Source: Octopus bimaculoides
Lineage: Eukaryota
NCBI RefSeq assembly: GCF_001194135.2
Contig: NC_068984.1
Coordinates: forward strand, 612,002-666,378
Direction of reading: 5' to 3'
DNA length: 54,377 nucleotides
Position numbers and translations under genes: made by a program. The notes below the pieces were generated by a model. The model searched no databases and was not told where the DNA came from. It worked only from the letters and a program-made list of their open reading frames with translations. Positions 33,637 through 46,076 of the stretch are shown piece after piece; positions within the stretch are counted from its first letter, which is position 1; each line of letters begins with the position of its first letter.

Positions 33637-36475
33637 CAAGTATAGGTACATATCTATATATATGTATATATGTATGCAAGCATCTATATATTATATATGT
33701 ATATAAGAATATACATATATACATATATATTTATAAATTTCTATGGAAATTTACATACACATACAGACACGCATACACATGAGTTTAGTTATGTGAGTAC
33801 ACACACACACACATATACACATTTGTATATATATATATATGTGTAAATATATTTTTTATATATGTGTATATAAGTTTGATCGTGTGCGCGCGTGTGTATT
33901 TGTGTGTGAGTGCGTATGCGTGAGATAAAAGTTGATATTGATAAATATACCTTTTAAAAATAATCTTTATTCAATAATTGGGATTTCACTGCTGTGAAAT
34001 ATTCCATTAATGGCAATACGGAACACATTAAATCGAGATTGCATTGATTAACACAAGTAATTAGCGCTCATTAATTCAATTTTCAAATGCAATGTTTACT
34101 AACATAAACGTAGATCCTAGAAACTTCATCTTTACACATGCATCAAAATCTACGCCAACTCACAACCGCCATTTTGTTACTAAACAAGTGACGGTGAACA
34201 AACAACTCGTTTCTGCATCCGTCTATTTTCCGCTTGTCATTGTTCTTGTTAGTGGTGCTGCTTTTATTTTATTGTCTTTTGTAGTAGCTGTTTTCATTGT
34301 TGCTGTTGTTCTTGTTGCTGTCATTATCCATTAAACTTCTTGTTGGTGTCTTCAGGAATAATGGCGACGGTAGAGGTGGTGAACACGTTTATTTTATTTA
34401 TTTATTGCTGTTAATATATTTTTAGTATTATTGTGACTATGTTTTTCCTGTCTTTCTCTTAATATTCAGGGCTAGGGTCGTTGATGTAAATTTTGTTTTT
34501 GTACTTGTCGTCGCCGTCTTCTTCCCACCTCCCCTTCCATTTCTACCCCTTTCCTCCGCTTCTTAATATTCCTTTACTAACCCTTTTTGATATGTCCGTA
34601 TGTTCCACCTAACATTTTTTTAACGTACCTTTTCTCAATTTTTCCACTGGTTTACATGGGAACAAAGACAGCGTGCACCACTCATTTCAGGCTCCTCTCC
34701 ATAGCAAAAGAAAGAGAGAGGCCGGCCATCTCCAGGTGCAAAATTTCATTTTGTTTATCAGGTACGTTAATCAGATCGAAGCACAAAAACAGTCGCTCTC
34801 CGCGTGTGCCGAGAACCCTCGTTATGCCAAATGTTTGCAACAGCGCAGGTTCCGTTATAGACACCTAAGGACCATATTGTGATGTGAAACAAACCAGGCG
34901 ATGGATTGTGTACATCATTCAAAAGACAACAATGGAAATCTTCGACAAGAATCCAAACAGTTTCCCTCAACCAGATTTCACTGACAAGCTTTTGGTCGAT
35001 CTGAAACCATAGAATTCTTGCTCAGAATCTCAGGCAGTAGCATCGATCTCAAAATCTCGTGTTTGCGCAGCAGACTTCCTAGCCATCACACAGCAGCCAT
35101 ATCTACGTCTGTTTACTCCCGTGTTGCTGATGTTGTTGTTGTTGTTGTTGTTGTATATCAACGTTGTTTTTGGTTGACGTTGTTACTCCTGTGTCAGTCT
35201 GTCATTGTTAGTAATTTAATCACTTAAAAAGCAGGAAAAAATGTTTCTCCGTTTTAAAAATATAACTTGACCTTTAAATAACACATTATAAAAGGGATTT
35301 CTTGGCGCTAAGTAACTGCTTCGGTAGGTAGGGTTATCTTGCACAAAAATATGTTGATCGGGAGATTGATAAATAGAATAATTGACAGATAGATCAGCAG
35401 ACACATAGATAAAAAGATAAATATATTGATAGACTGAGAGAGGGGGGAGGCAGTGACGTTAATCATGATTAGGAAAAGAATCAGTTGATCCTCATTTGAT
35501 TAGAAATCCCTCCGTACTTGTTTTTCTTTCGGTTTTTAATCTGTAAATGGTATTTTCGTCAAATGTAATTGATTCCCATCCTCCTAGTATTGCGATTATA
35601 CCAATGTATTCCCAGACACGCACACAAACACATACACACACATAGCTTCATTTGTTCATGTGTATACATATAATCATGTACATATATATGGATAAGTACA
35701 CATACTATTATATGCGTATATGCATGTATATACATACATGCACACATACAAAGTAATATGTATTATGCAAACAGATACACATAATGCTGCAAAACAGGAA
35801 TAAAGCAAGCTTGATATTAACAAAGACACACATATATATATATATATATATGCAGACGCACGCTCGCACGTACACACACACACACTGAAGTGATGTACAA
35901 ATTTAGTTCAAATATTCAGAAAAAGGGAGGTTGTCAGATTTTGGATAATTATTTATTTAGCGCTTTCATCTCCGAAATGAGATGAAAGCGCAAAATAGAT
36001 AATTACCCAAAATTCTTACTTCCTCCTTTTTCTTGTATATATATATATATATATATCCGTAGTTTATGTTTATCTTCACAAATTTTCTATTGGCTTCAGA
36101 GCACTGAAATTAACGACGTTTCGTATACGTCTATGTAAACACTGCGACTCAAGATATACCAAAAATAGGTAATGAGTGCATGTAGATATTTGAAGAGTTA
36201 TTGCTCTCTCTCACCAGCACCACCTCCAGCCCATCAATCATTCACTAATTTTAGAAGATTAATATAACTGGATGGATCAATCTACACATTGACCACATTC
36301 CTGGCAACTGGCAAGTAACTATTAATTGCTAGCAAGAACACAGTTTTTCGTTTTACAAGAATAATATACTACCGAGTATAATAAAGGTTTGCAAGTCTTG
36401 CGTCTTAGAAGTGCGAGGTTCTCATTTTTAAGTTTATCTCTACAGATCTTCTACAAAATTCAGAGCCAGCGCTAT

Positions 36476-36538
<63 letters not shown>

Positions 36539-36552
36539 TGTGTATGTGAGAA

Positions 36553-36705
36553 GGCACATGGCTCAGTCGTTAGAGGGTAGGGCACACAATCATAAGGTAA
36601 TGAGATCGAATCCCAGACTGGAGTGTGTGTTGTGTTGTATTCTTGAGCAAAACACTTTATTTGACGTTGCTCCAGTTCACTCAGCTGTAGAAATCAGTTT
36701 CGACG
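36553..36705 (+). mobile_element. tRNA-derived SINE, family B
   Basis: Box-A-like TGGCTCAGTCGTTAG, box-B-like GATCGAATCCC, core TTCTTGAGCAAAACACTTTATTTGACGTTGCTCCAGTTCACTCAGCTG. Confidence 0.85.
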
Positions 36706-38749
36706 TAACTGGTGCTGTATTGCCTCCAGGCTACATATATTTCTTAGCTTGCAGAACCTCGGATGTAGTAATTACTCAACGAGGGGCACTCCGCTAGCTC
36801 ATCATCAAGTCAAAGATGCCTTAGTCAAATGAAGGTTACATTGTCGTCAAGAGACCCCCATATTAACTCAACTAGCAGGAGATTTGATACACACACACAC
36901 ACATAGGCACATACATACTATAGTTGTCCAAAGGCAATGCAGTGAGTTTGTTTTTATTTGCTTAATATTATAGGTTAACGACAGCAAATTCATGTTACTG
37001 AATGGTTTCATGCAAAAACTTAGAAATGTACTATGAGCGGTCATCGGACTTGTCTGAATGGAAAATTATGTTAGAGGTCTGAAAACGTCACCACCGGTTT
37101 ATGGTTTGTTGTAAAATGTCAGGACAAAATTCATGGCTGAAGGAATACACCACAGGAGATAGACGAATCCATTGCAGTTGGGTCCCTTGAACTTTCTTTA
37201 GTCTTCAATCTAAATGTCAGACTTACAAACAATCGATTCAAAACGTTTTAGCTTTGTGGATGTATACCTAGCGGATTTATGGGCCACTGTCCAAATATGG
37301 CTGCTTAATACATATCCATATATCATACAGGACCCTTCGACTCACGATCTCTACAACCTCAAACTAAATACTCGTAAGTGGAGTTCTACCAGTTTTACTG
37401 TAATTAAATTGGACATGTGCTTCAGCCCTACCATCACCTGCATCATTTGTAAACCTGTTCGGATACTGTCTCTTTACATCTCTCACAAAACCAAAGCCCT
37501 TTGAGAGGGACACATATCTTTGTATTGTAGTACTATGAGCCAAGGATAGAATACAAATTTAATATAAAAAGCTCCACCCCTAACATCTGGGAGACTATTG
37601 TCCCCTACTAAAACACCTGCAAGAACTAACAGCTGAAAAACAAAAACGCTTTCATATAGGAATATCCCTGACAGCTCTCCTGACCTCCAAACTTTATCCA
37701 GACCTTTTGGCCCCTTTACTAAAACAATCTCTACCAGCTGTATGGAATCCTATTATAATGGCTGTGTAATTTGGCCCGTAAAGAGAGAGCCTCGATATAG
37801 TTATACACTGTCTATTTTACTTCTCTATGTTACAAAACTCCACAAATCAGTCATCTCTGCGCTACCTGTCTCGCCATCACATATGCAAACCATGTTGGAA
37901 AGTGACTTGTTGCTCTCAAACCAAGAACATTGAACACTTTCACACTAAATGTTACATTATTCTAAAACGACGCACCACAATGCACTTAAGAACCACATAA
38001 AACCTATCAATTTGTTCGCCTTTACTTGAAGCTAATTTAACCTTGGGAGACATAATATAGTCTGTGAAGTGTGTATAATGTGTACGGTGTGTATATAGCG
38101 TTCTTTTCCCAAGAGAACCAATCCTTGTGACGTAGCCAATTATCGATCTAAGATTCACATTTTCAATATCATGCACATCATCTCTTCCAGCTCAGGTAAT
38201 TTTTCTCTATATGAATAGGCGTGTATATGAGCTGGTATGTATGTATGTACGTATATATCTATCGATAGATAAATATATATATATACACACATACATATGT
38301 ATATCGTATGTATATTTTTGTATACACACATACACTTACATGCATTCATACATCGGTTTTTCTCTCCTATCCTCCCGTCAATACCCACCTTCCAAAGAAA
38401 GATAACATCCGGATCTTCATTAACTCGTTCTATCTCTCTCAGCGACAGACAAATCTTTTGGATCAGGAATCTCTCTCTCTCTCTCTCTCCCTCTCCCTCT
38501 CTCTCTCTCTACATGCTGAATGTGGTAGAAGTAATGGTGGCTATGGCTTTCCTAAGCTTCCCTTCATCGATGACATTGTTGCAATTAATGTTCCATTCGT
38601 ACCTTTTAAATTTAGAAGCTGTGGCATAGACATAAACAAGAAAGAAGTGGGATAGCAATACTGCAATTTTTTTGGTGGGGGCGGATTGGAAAGGATTAGT
38701 GTGGGGCCTGGTGGGGATGGACGGACAAAAAAGGAGGAGGTGGTTGCAG

Positions 38750-39335
38750 AAAAGAGATGAGTAGGAGACAAAATTGGCTGAGTAGAGGTGACACGAGCCC
38801 AGCTAGAGGTGAAGAGCAGAAGTCATTATAGTAGTGGCGGAAAGAGTAGTGGTGTAGAGAGTATTGTGTGTCTGTGAGTGACTTTATTCTAATCAGTTAG
38901 GTCATCTTTTTCTGGATGTCGTCTGGGTTTTCCTTGTGAGTAGCAGCAGCAGTATCACTGTCCCAGGCGAGGGGACAATATTTTATGGTGAGCGTTACTT
39001 GAGCTTCGTAGAGTATCAATAATTGTCGGGTTATGTTGTGCTCTTGAAAAGAAAGGCTTGTCGTTGGGATGCAGTTCTTGTTTTCATCCATCCAGCCCAG
39101 GATAGGAACAGCTAGCATTTGAACTGATTATGAGGGCTGCCGCTGAGTGCTGTTCAGGATTAAGGGGGCAATGATGTTTTCTTGATTGAGTAGTTTTTGC
39201 ATTTTTATTGTATGTTAAAAGGGACAAAGTCGAAAAATGCTTTTGAGTTGTTGTTTGTTTCTTTAATGAAGTCAGGGTGTTTGGCGTATGGTGTGGACGT
39301 GGCAAGTGGACGATGTATGGTTGTAGAATGTTAAG
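38750..39335 (-). mobile_element. L2/CR1-group LINE 3' remnant
   Basis: QLLILYEAQVTLTIKYCPLAWDS...DDIQKK resembles LYKAQVRPxLEYCSHxW...LDRIQKRA. Confidence 0.6.
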
Positions 39336-39340
39336 TAAAA

Positions 39341-39558
39341 ATGATTTCAAATTTTGGCACAAGGCCAGCGATTTCGGTGGAGGGGTTAAGTCAATTACAT
39401 CGACCCTAGTCTTCAAATGGTACTTATTTCATCAATCCCGAAGAATAAAAGGTAAAAATTCGATCTCTGCAGAATTTGAACTCAGAACGTAAAGTCAGAA
39501 AAAGTGCGTCTTAAGCATTTTGCCCGGCGCGGCATCGATTTTGCCAGCTCGCTGCCTT
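39341..39558 (-). mobile_element. tRNA-derived SINE, family A
   Basis: Full head (AAGGCAGCGAGCTGGCAAAA on minus), core and tail. Confidence 0.85.
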
Positions 39559-39855
39559 AAAGGCTCAAGTAGTAAGAGTGGATGGTCATGGATGGGATGC
39601 TACGTCAATCATTGATGTGTAAAAGGGAGCAGCAAAATTGAGCCCTGAAAACCGAGTTAATAGAATGTGAACTTTATCAACACATTCAGATGGATAACAG
39701 CTGGGTGTCTGTGTAATAAGTTCGAGAGCTATCCATTCCGTTGTTTCATTCAGATACACGTTGTCATCATAGCTCCGGTTATTCATTTTGAATTATTGAT
39801 TGAGCACTCTCACTGTCATATTCCTTAATTTTAGATAAATTGAAATGTTTACTAT

Positions 39856-39904
<49 letters not shown>

Positions 39905-39938
39905 TATTTACTCACACTCACATATACATATATTTTAT

Positions 39939-39973
<35 letters not shown>

Positions 39974-40384
39974 AACATAATATTTAATTAGGTTTAATTA
40001 TATAATACGAACTTTAATGTTGCCACAATATGCCAATCTCCACAGTGTATAATTAGGAATAATTAGAAAATGCGGCAAACATGTGAAAACTATATTATTT
40101 TTAATGATCGTTCTTCAAATCCTTGTGAAATCTTTAAAAATAATTCTTGTAATTAGATAATCCTTCATCTATTTAGAAATATAAATATTCTTAAATTCAA
40201 TTATATATGACTGGTAAATAATCATTTAATAAACTCTGATGAAACGAGAGATTTTGAGCAATTTGAACTTGAAACTCGGAACAAATCCTGCATTTTCTGC
40301 AGCACTAACGATTACGACAGCTAACAACAACTGATACATCTAATTTTGTCTCAAGGCCAGCAATTTTACGGGGAGAGGGTCAGT

Positions 40385-42730
40385 CGATTCTTTTGAAAAT
40401 GGGCTCATGAATCAGATGGGAATAATTCGAAATAGAAGCTTTCTTCATGAGACCCAGATTAAGACAATCAGGAAAAGCTTCCACGGTGGTGGTGATATCG
40501 AGGAAGATAATGTAGGTGAAGAAAAGTGAATGCGTAGGCAGGGTGAGGTTGTAGGAGAGGAGTGGCCGGCCACTCAGTATAATGTAGAAAACCCTGTATT
40601 ATGAGAGAATATGACTGACGAAAAGAGGAACCCCAGAACAAGACTCGAGGATATAATAGTTACAAAAACAGAGACCAACCCGGTGAATTTGAGAAGTTTC
40701 GACCGTAACAGTGTGAAACGCGTGACACAAAATGATTATGAAATTCTGAAATACATTCTGATAAAAAAAATCTAACGGAAACAAGGGACTTAATCAGAAT
40801 TATAAGAATTGTTTACTCAGTGGTGCAGTTCCGGATGGACTGTAGAGAGACAGACAACATTGTTGATGAAAGATTGGTCAAATAGCAATGAGGTTGGTAA
40901 TTACAAAACCCATTGCTTGTTTTAACCTTTTATAGAAAGTGTTAACAGGCATTTTAGCATGGAAAATTTATACGTTCCTTGCGGAAAACAATCTACTTTC
41001 AGTAGAACAAAAGGGATGCCAAAAAGGATCCAAGTGCACCAAGGACCACCTTGTGATAGACAAAGTTATAATGAAGAACTGTAAACTGTACCAAAAAACC
41101 TGTGCATGGCCTGGATTGACTTTAAAAAAGCTTACGACATGTTGCCGCTTTCGCGGATTTGGGAGACACACGAGTGGAATAGCTGAGAACGTGTGTGCAC
41201 TGATTAAGAACAGCATACTTCGTTGGAAAACATGTGTTTTCTGTAACAACCAGCACTTAGCTGAGGTTAAAATAATAGCGGTATCTTCCAGGAAGACTCG
41301 TGCCCACCTTTGTTATTTGTTATAGCCTTGACCCCACTTTCTGTGGCCTTACGCAAAGTCAACGCACCCTATGAGAAAGAATGGACTGTCTCAACCACCT
41401 TCACTTCATGGATGATTTTAAACTGTTCGCAAAAACAGAGCCTGAAATGGAGAGACTGGTTGAGACTGTTCAGACGTGCAGGGGATTAAATGGGGATTAA
41501 ATTCGGTATCTCGAATTGTGCGCTGCTCAATTTGAAACGGAGAAAAAGAGCAGATTGTAGGGCATAGAATTACCAAACGAAGAGAGAATGGAAGACCCGG
41601 ATGATGATGGGTACAAGTACCTTCGGATTGTGGTGCTTGACAATATCTTGCACAGAGAAATGAACCATGTGACCGCCACCAACATATGGGCTGTTGCTGT
41701 AGCCCGCTACAGCGCACCCATCCTGAAATGGGCACAAGTGGAAATTAACTCGATCGCAATACCCGAAAGACAATGACAGTGCATGGTGCCCTCCACCCTA
41801 ATTCGAACGTACACAAGCTTTGCATGAAGAGGTGTAAATGTAGGCGTGATTAGCGTACGGGAGTGCATCAACGGTGAAACAAAAACATGACAGAATATTT
41901 GGTAAACAGCAAAGAAGACCTGCTACAGTATGCTACTAGTGCAGAAGGAATGACCAAAAATGGACTTGAGAGTGCTCCTGAATTCCGATCACGAATAGCC
42001 AAAAAAAGGACCAGGCATTGAATATCAACTCAGAAAAAAGGGATATAAACTACAGAAGTGCAACGAACCTCTGCAGAATGTGTGGGAAGAGGGTCGAAAG
42101 CGTGACTCACATTGTTAGTGCTTGTGAAAGTCTTGCGCAGAAAGAGAACAAGTGCAGACACGACAAGGGAGCCCCAAATTTTCACTGGCTACTCTACCGG
42201 AAGAATGGGTACGAGGTAACGGATGCTTGGTACCAACATACACCGGAAAAGGTAATGGACGATAAGGGGAAGGCAAAAATCCTCTGGGACTTTGACTTCC
42301 ACCCAGACAAGATGTTAAAGCAGATATAGGCCAGATATAGTAACGTTTAAGAGGAACAAACAAGAGCGCCTAATAATCGGAGTGGCAATTCCAGGAGATC
42401 GAAATATTATCATGAAAGAAAGGGAAAAGATTGATAGATATGGGGACCCGAGAATTGAGATCGTTAACATGTGTCACCTACGAGCATCAAACATAAAGGT
42501 TGTCCCTATTGTCATCGGAGTATTGGGTTCAATACCACCCAACCTGAAAAAAAAAACATCTGGAAACCTTAGAGATACCCTACAATCTAGGTGTATTGCA
42601 AAAATCGGCATCACTTGGAACGGCACGCATATTGCGTAAAGTACTGTCTGAGGTCCTTGTTGTGACTTGACAAACAGTACAAATCCCCGGCAGACACAAT
42701 ATCTTCAATCAACATCACAATATTGTATAC
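40385..42730 (+). mobile_element. R4/Dong-type LINE spanning N-terminus to 3' UTR, with large internal deletions
   Basis: GLMNQMGIIRN (N-terminal), EQKGCQKGSKCTKDHLVIDK, AWIDFKKAYD, LNHLHFMDDFKLFAK, CRMCGKRVESVTHIVSAC, ILWDFDF, VPIVIGVLGSIP. Confidence 0.9.
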
Positions 42731-42734
42731 TGTG

Positions 42735-43030
42735 TGACGTCTTATGACAATAGAATGGATACAAAAGAAAGTGAGAAAATTAAAAATTATGAGGACTTAG
42801 TCAGAGAGATGAAGAGATTGTGGAAAACTAAGAGGACAATTATTGCTGTGGTGGTTTGTGCAATTATTACAAGACAGAAAGTGTTACTGAAGACTATTGG
42901 AATTGAGATATGAATTATCGATCTACAGAAAAGTGCAATCCTATATTCTGCAAGAATCCAAAGAAAGACACTTAAGATTTGCCATAACATCACCAAATCC
43001 GAAGAAAACAATCTACTAATATAGCAAGTA
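42735..43030 (+). mobile_element. Degraded R4/Dong-type LINE RLE 3' end
   Basis: KESEKIKNYEDLVREMKRLWK...LQKSAILYSARIQRK. Confidence 0.75.
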
Positions 43031-43049
43031 ACTTAGAAACAAATAACAG

Positions 43050-43190
43050 GTAACGACAACAACCACAACAGCAACAACAACAACGACAAAGATAGCAACT
43101 ACAACAACATCAAAAACAACAACAATGACGTCGATGATGATGATGATGATGATGGTGACTATGAGGAGAATGATAATAATAATAATGGTT
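43050..43190. repeat. Compound trinucleotide microsatellite (CAA)n(GAT)n(TAA)n
   Basis: Read directly from the sequence. Confidence 0.9.
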
Positions 43191-43662
43191 TAAAATTTTG
43201 GCACATTGCCAGCAATTTCGTGCGAGGAGGATGAGTCGATTATATCGACTCCAGTGCACAACTGGTACTTATTTTATCGACCCCAGTGCACAACTGGTAC
43301 TTATTTTATCGACCCCGATATGATGAAAGGCAAAGTCGCCCTCGGCGAAGTTTCTACTCAGAACGTAAAGACGGACAAAATACCGCTCAGCATTTTGTCC
43401 GGTCTGCAAACAATTCTGTCAACCTGCCGCCTTATTTGGTGATGATAATCCTCTACTAAAGGCACAAAGCCTCAAATTTTGGTGGGGAGGAAAATAGTTG
43501 CTTATATCGACCCCAGTGCGTAACTGGTATTTATTTCATCGACCCCGAAAGGATGATAGGAAAAGTCGACTTCGGTGGAATTTGAACTGAGAACGTGAAG
43601 GCGGAGGAAATACTGTTAAGCATCTAGCCCGGCGTGCTAATGATTCTGCCAGCTCACTGCCT

Positions 43663-43663
<1 letters not shown>
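43187..43663 (-). mobile_element. Tandem pair of family-A SINEs (43187-43433, 43447-43663)
   Basis: Two complete head-core-tail units bounded by (TAA)n tracts. Confidence 0.9.
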
Positions 43664-43699
<36 letters not shown>

Positions 43700-44443
43700 T
43701 TGATGATGACAACAGAAGTATAGTAAGGAAAACTAAAACCCACTAGAATCATGTTAGATACGTAAACAAAGAGAATTAATGAAGTAGATAAAGCAGAAAA
43801 CATGTACACACGAAAGAAAAGGTTAAGAAGTAATATTATAGACGCATTAGATTACTACTTATAGGAGAAGTAAATGTCAAAACCAAGATAATGGCTATCG
43901 ATACTTTAGCTGTTCCAGGAGTAAGTTAATAGTTATAATATTCCCAGCAGGAAAGTGCGTTAAAAAGCGAAACTAGTCAAGGTAAGAAAGGTAATAGGTA
44001 GGAATATGTTAGATAATCCTGTAGTAAGTTAGTGGTATGCTCTGCTGGAGACTGAGTGAAGTAGCAAAACTAGTCAAGGAAAGTAAATAGAATATTGACA
44101 GGGTGTAGGGTACATCAGCTAAAAACCGACACAAAGATTATTTTTACTTCAAATATAGAAATGCATGGCGTTCTCTGCCACAAGAAGCTTATGAAATATT
44201 TAATGGAGAATTAGAACAGTATGTGGCAAAGATAAATAAATGAAAACTAATAAGAAAACATGAACCAAACAAGAACTGTTTTCTATCTTCAAAGGAACTC
44301 AACAAAGATAAGATTCAACATTAGCAACAGCAACAACAGACAACATCAACAAGAATCACAACGATCTATTTTTGAAGTTATATTTGTGTGTGTGTATATA
44401 TATATATGTGTGTGTGTATGTATGTGTACGTACATACATGCAC

Positions 44444-44537
44444 CTTTCCTGATGAAGGGGACATTGTCCGCATGGTTTGTAAGATTTTTTATTAATTTTT
44501 CTACCAGGACATGAACTTTGGAAACGGCCGTAGAAAG
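44444..44537 (+). ncRNA. Minimal type I hammerhead motif with expanded stem II
   Basis: CTTTC(44444-48)-CTGATGA(44449-55)-65 nt-GAAAC(44521-25)-GGCC-GTA(44530-32)-GAAAG(44533-37). Stem I is perfect and loop III is palindromic; the base of stem II is imperfect. Confidence 0.65.
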
Positions 44538-44599
44538 TGGATTTCCTCGAACTGTAGCTTATAGATTTTTTTTAATTGAAACTCTTAACCGCTCTTAAT

Positions 44600-44757
44600 T
44601 TTAGATGGTTTTGGGAGTAAATGCTTCAGTGACAGTCTGGACAAGCAAGGCTTTTCAGAATTAAAAGGAATCAACCAAGTAAGTCGCATATTACAAATGC
44701 AATCTGTTAGTGGAACAGTAAAAATATGCAAAGCTATTCTCAAGTTTAAAATATGAC
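44600..44757 (+). mobile_element. Extreme C-terminus of an RLE-type LINE
   Basis: GSKCFSDSLDKQGF...RILQMQSVSGTVKICKAILKFKI* resembles RLE LINE C-termini. Confidence 0.5.
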
Positions 44758-45239
44758 ATTGCTTTTATTATCTGCATCCCGACGATGGAGTTTTGTATCT
44801 TTCTTAGAAACCAGTTCTTTCCCCAGAGGAAGGATTTAGAAAGTTAAAAACCGAAGAGACCGTACATATATACATGCATACATACCTACGTACGTATGCA
44901 GATATATACATGACTATCTCTTTCTCTCTCTCTTATATATATGTATATATATATATATATATATATACTGTATATCTTGCTTGTCTTCATCAGACCGTCC
45001 AATGAATGCCAGAAACCCGAAAATTTGATGTTACTCTAAACCTATTTTCTTGTAAAAGTTAATAAACATGTTCTCTGCTGATAACTTTTGAGTAATCCTT
45101 TAGTATGATGTTAAATTGTTTTGATATTTTACATGCTATGAAACTAATGTGTATTTATGTATGTATGTGTGTGCGTGCGTGTGTTGTGTGTGTATGCATA
45201 TATTAGCTAGAAAAACAAGGGAGACAAATGTGGTTGCTC

Positions 45240-45560
45240 GAAGAATAGCAGAGAGAGCTCTTCTGTGGGAAGTTTCTGTCAATTTCATTCAAAGGATTGA
45301 CGCACTCAGTACAATGAAACTGCTCACTGCAGCTTTTGCAGACATGGAGGCACCGTCATGATGTTTGTTCCGAGATATCTTCAAAGAAATTCAGGGGAGC
45401 AACACCTGGGCCTGTTCATTGGAATATAGGGATATTTTAAAAACTGGAGACAAGTAAATTTTTGGGGGTTGTTCTTCGTATCTTTGGATGCCCGATCAAA
45501 TTTGTGAATATTCTTTGCTCAGAGTAGACAATTGGAAGCTTCTACGTAAGAATGAGTTCG
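45240..45560 (+). mobile_element. RTE-clade RT fragment
   Basis: RYLQRNSGEQH and GVVLRIFGCPIKFVNIL resemble RQLQEKCxEQ and W.xL.RFGCPxKFVNIL. Confidence 0.5.
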
Positions 45561-46013
45561 GCAAGATTCCAGGCTGACTCTCGCTAAAAAGCCTTCATCA
45601 TTTATGTGACAACACTGTTTGGTTGTAGGATAGAAATGGAGGCAGGAGTCTTAACTACAACGTTTTCAACATCTGAATGCTCCATCGACATTCACTATTT
45701 CTAAAACTCTTCGGGAGACTCACCACCATCATCATCATCCGAACAACTACAACAATAACACCGACGACAGCAATAACAATCACAACAACAACAAGCTCTA
45801 TGAAAATACAAGTCCTCAACATTCATCTCTGTTCTATACATCAGTCTTCAACAATCATTGAAATTGTTGTTTTGGGACTAGAAGTACGGAAATGATTGAT
45901 AGGTATTTATTGATTTTTTTAAGGAATCGATTGAATGTTTGCATTCACATATAACCGTTTAACAATTATTTTTCATCTCTCTTATCTATCTATATATATA
46001 TATATATATGTAT

Positions 46014-46023
46014 NNNNNNNNNN
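46014..46023. other. Assembly gap (10 N)
   Basis: Within a (TA)n tract. Confidence 1.

Positions 46024-46076
<53 letters not shown>

Noticed and set aside
36553-36620. tRNA gene candidates at SINE heads
   Set aside because: Box A/B-like motifs run into SINE bodies and no full cloverleaf forms.
40215-40280. CTGATGA...GAAAC motif
   Set aside because: No stem III, cleavage triplet or stem I partner follows.
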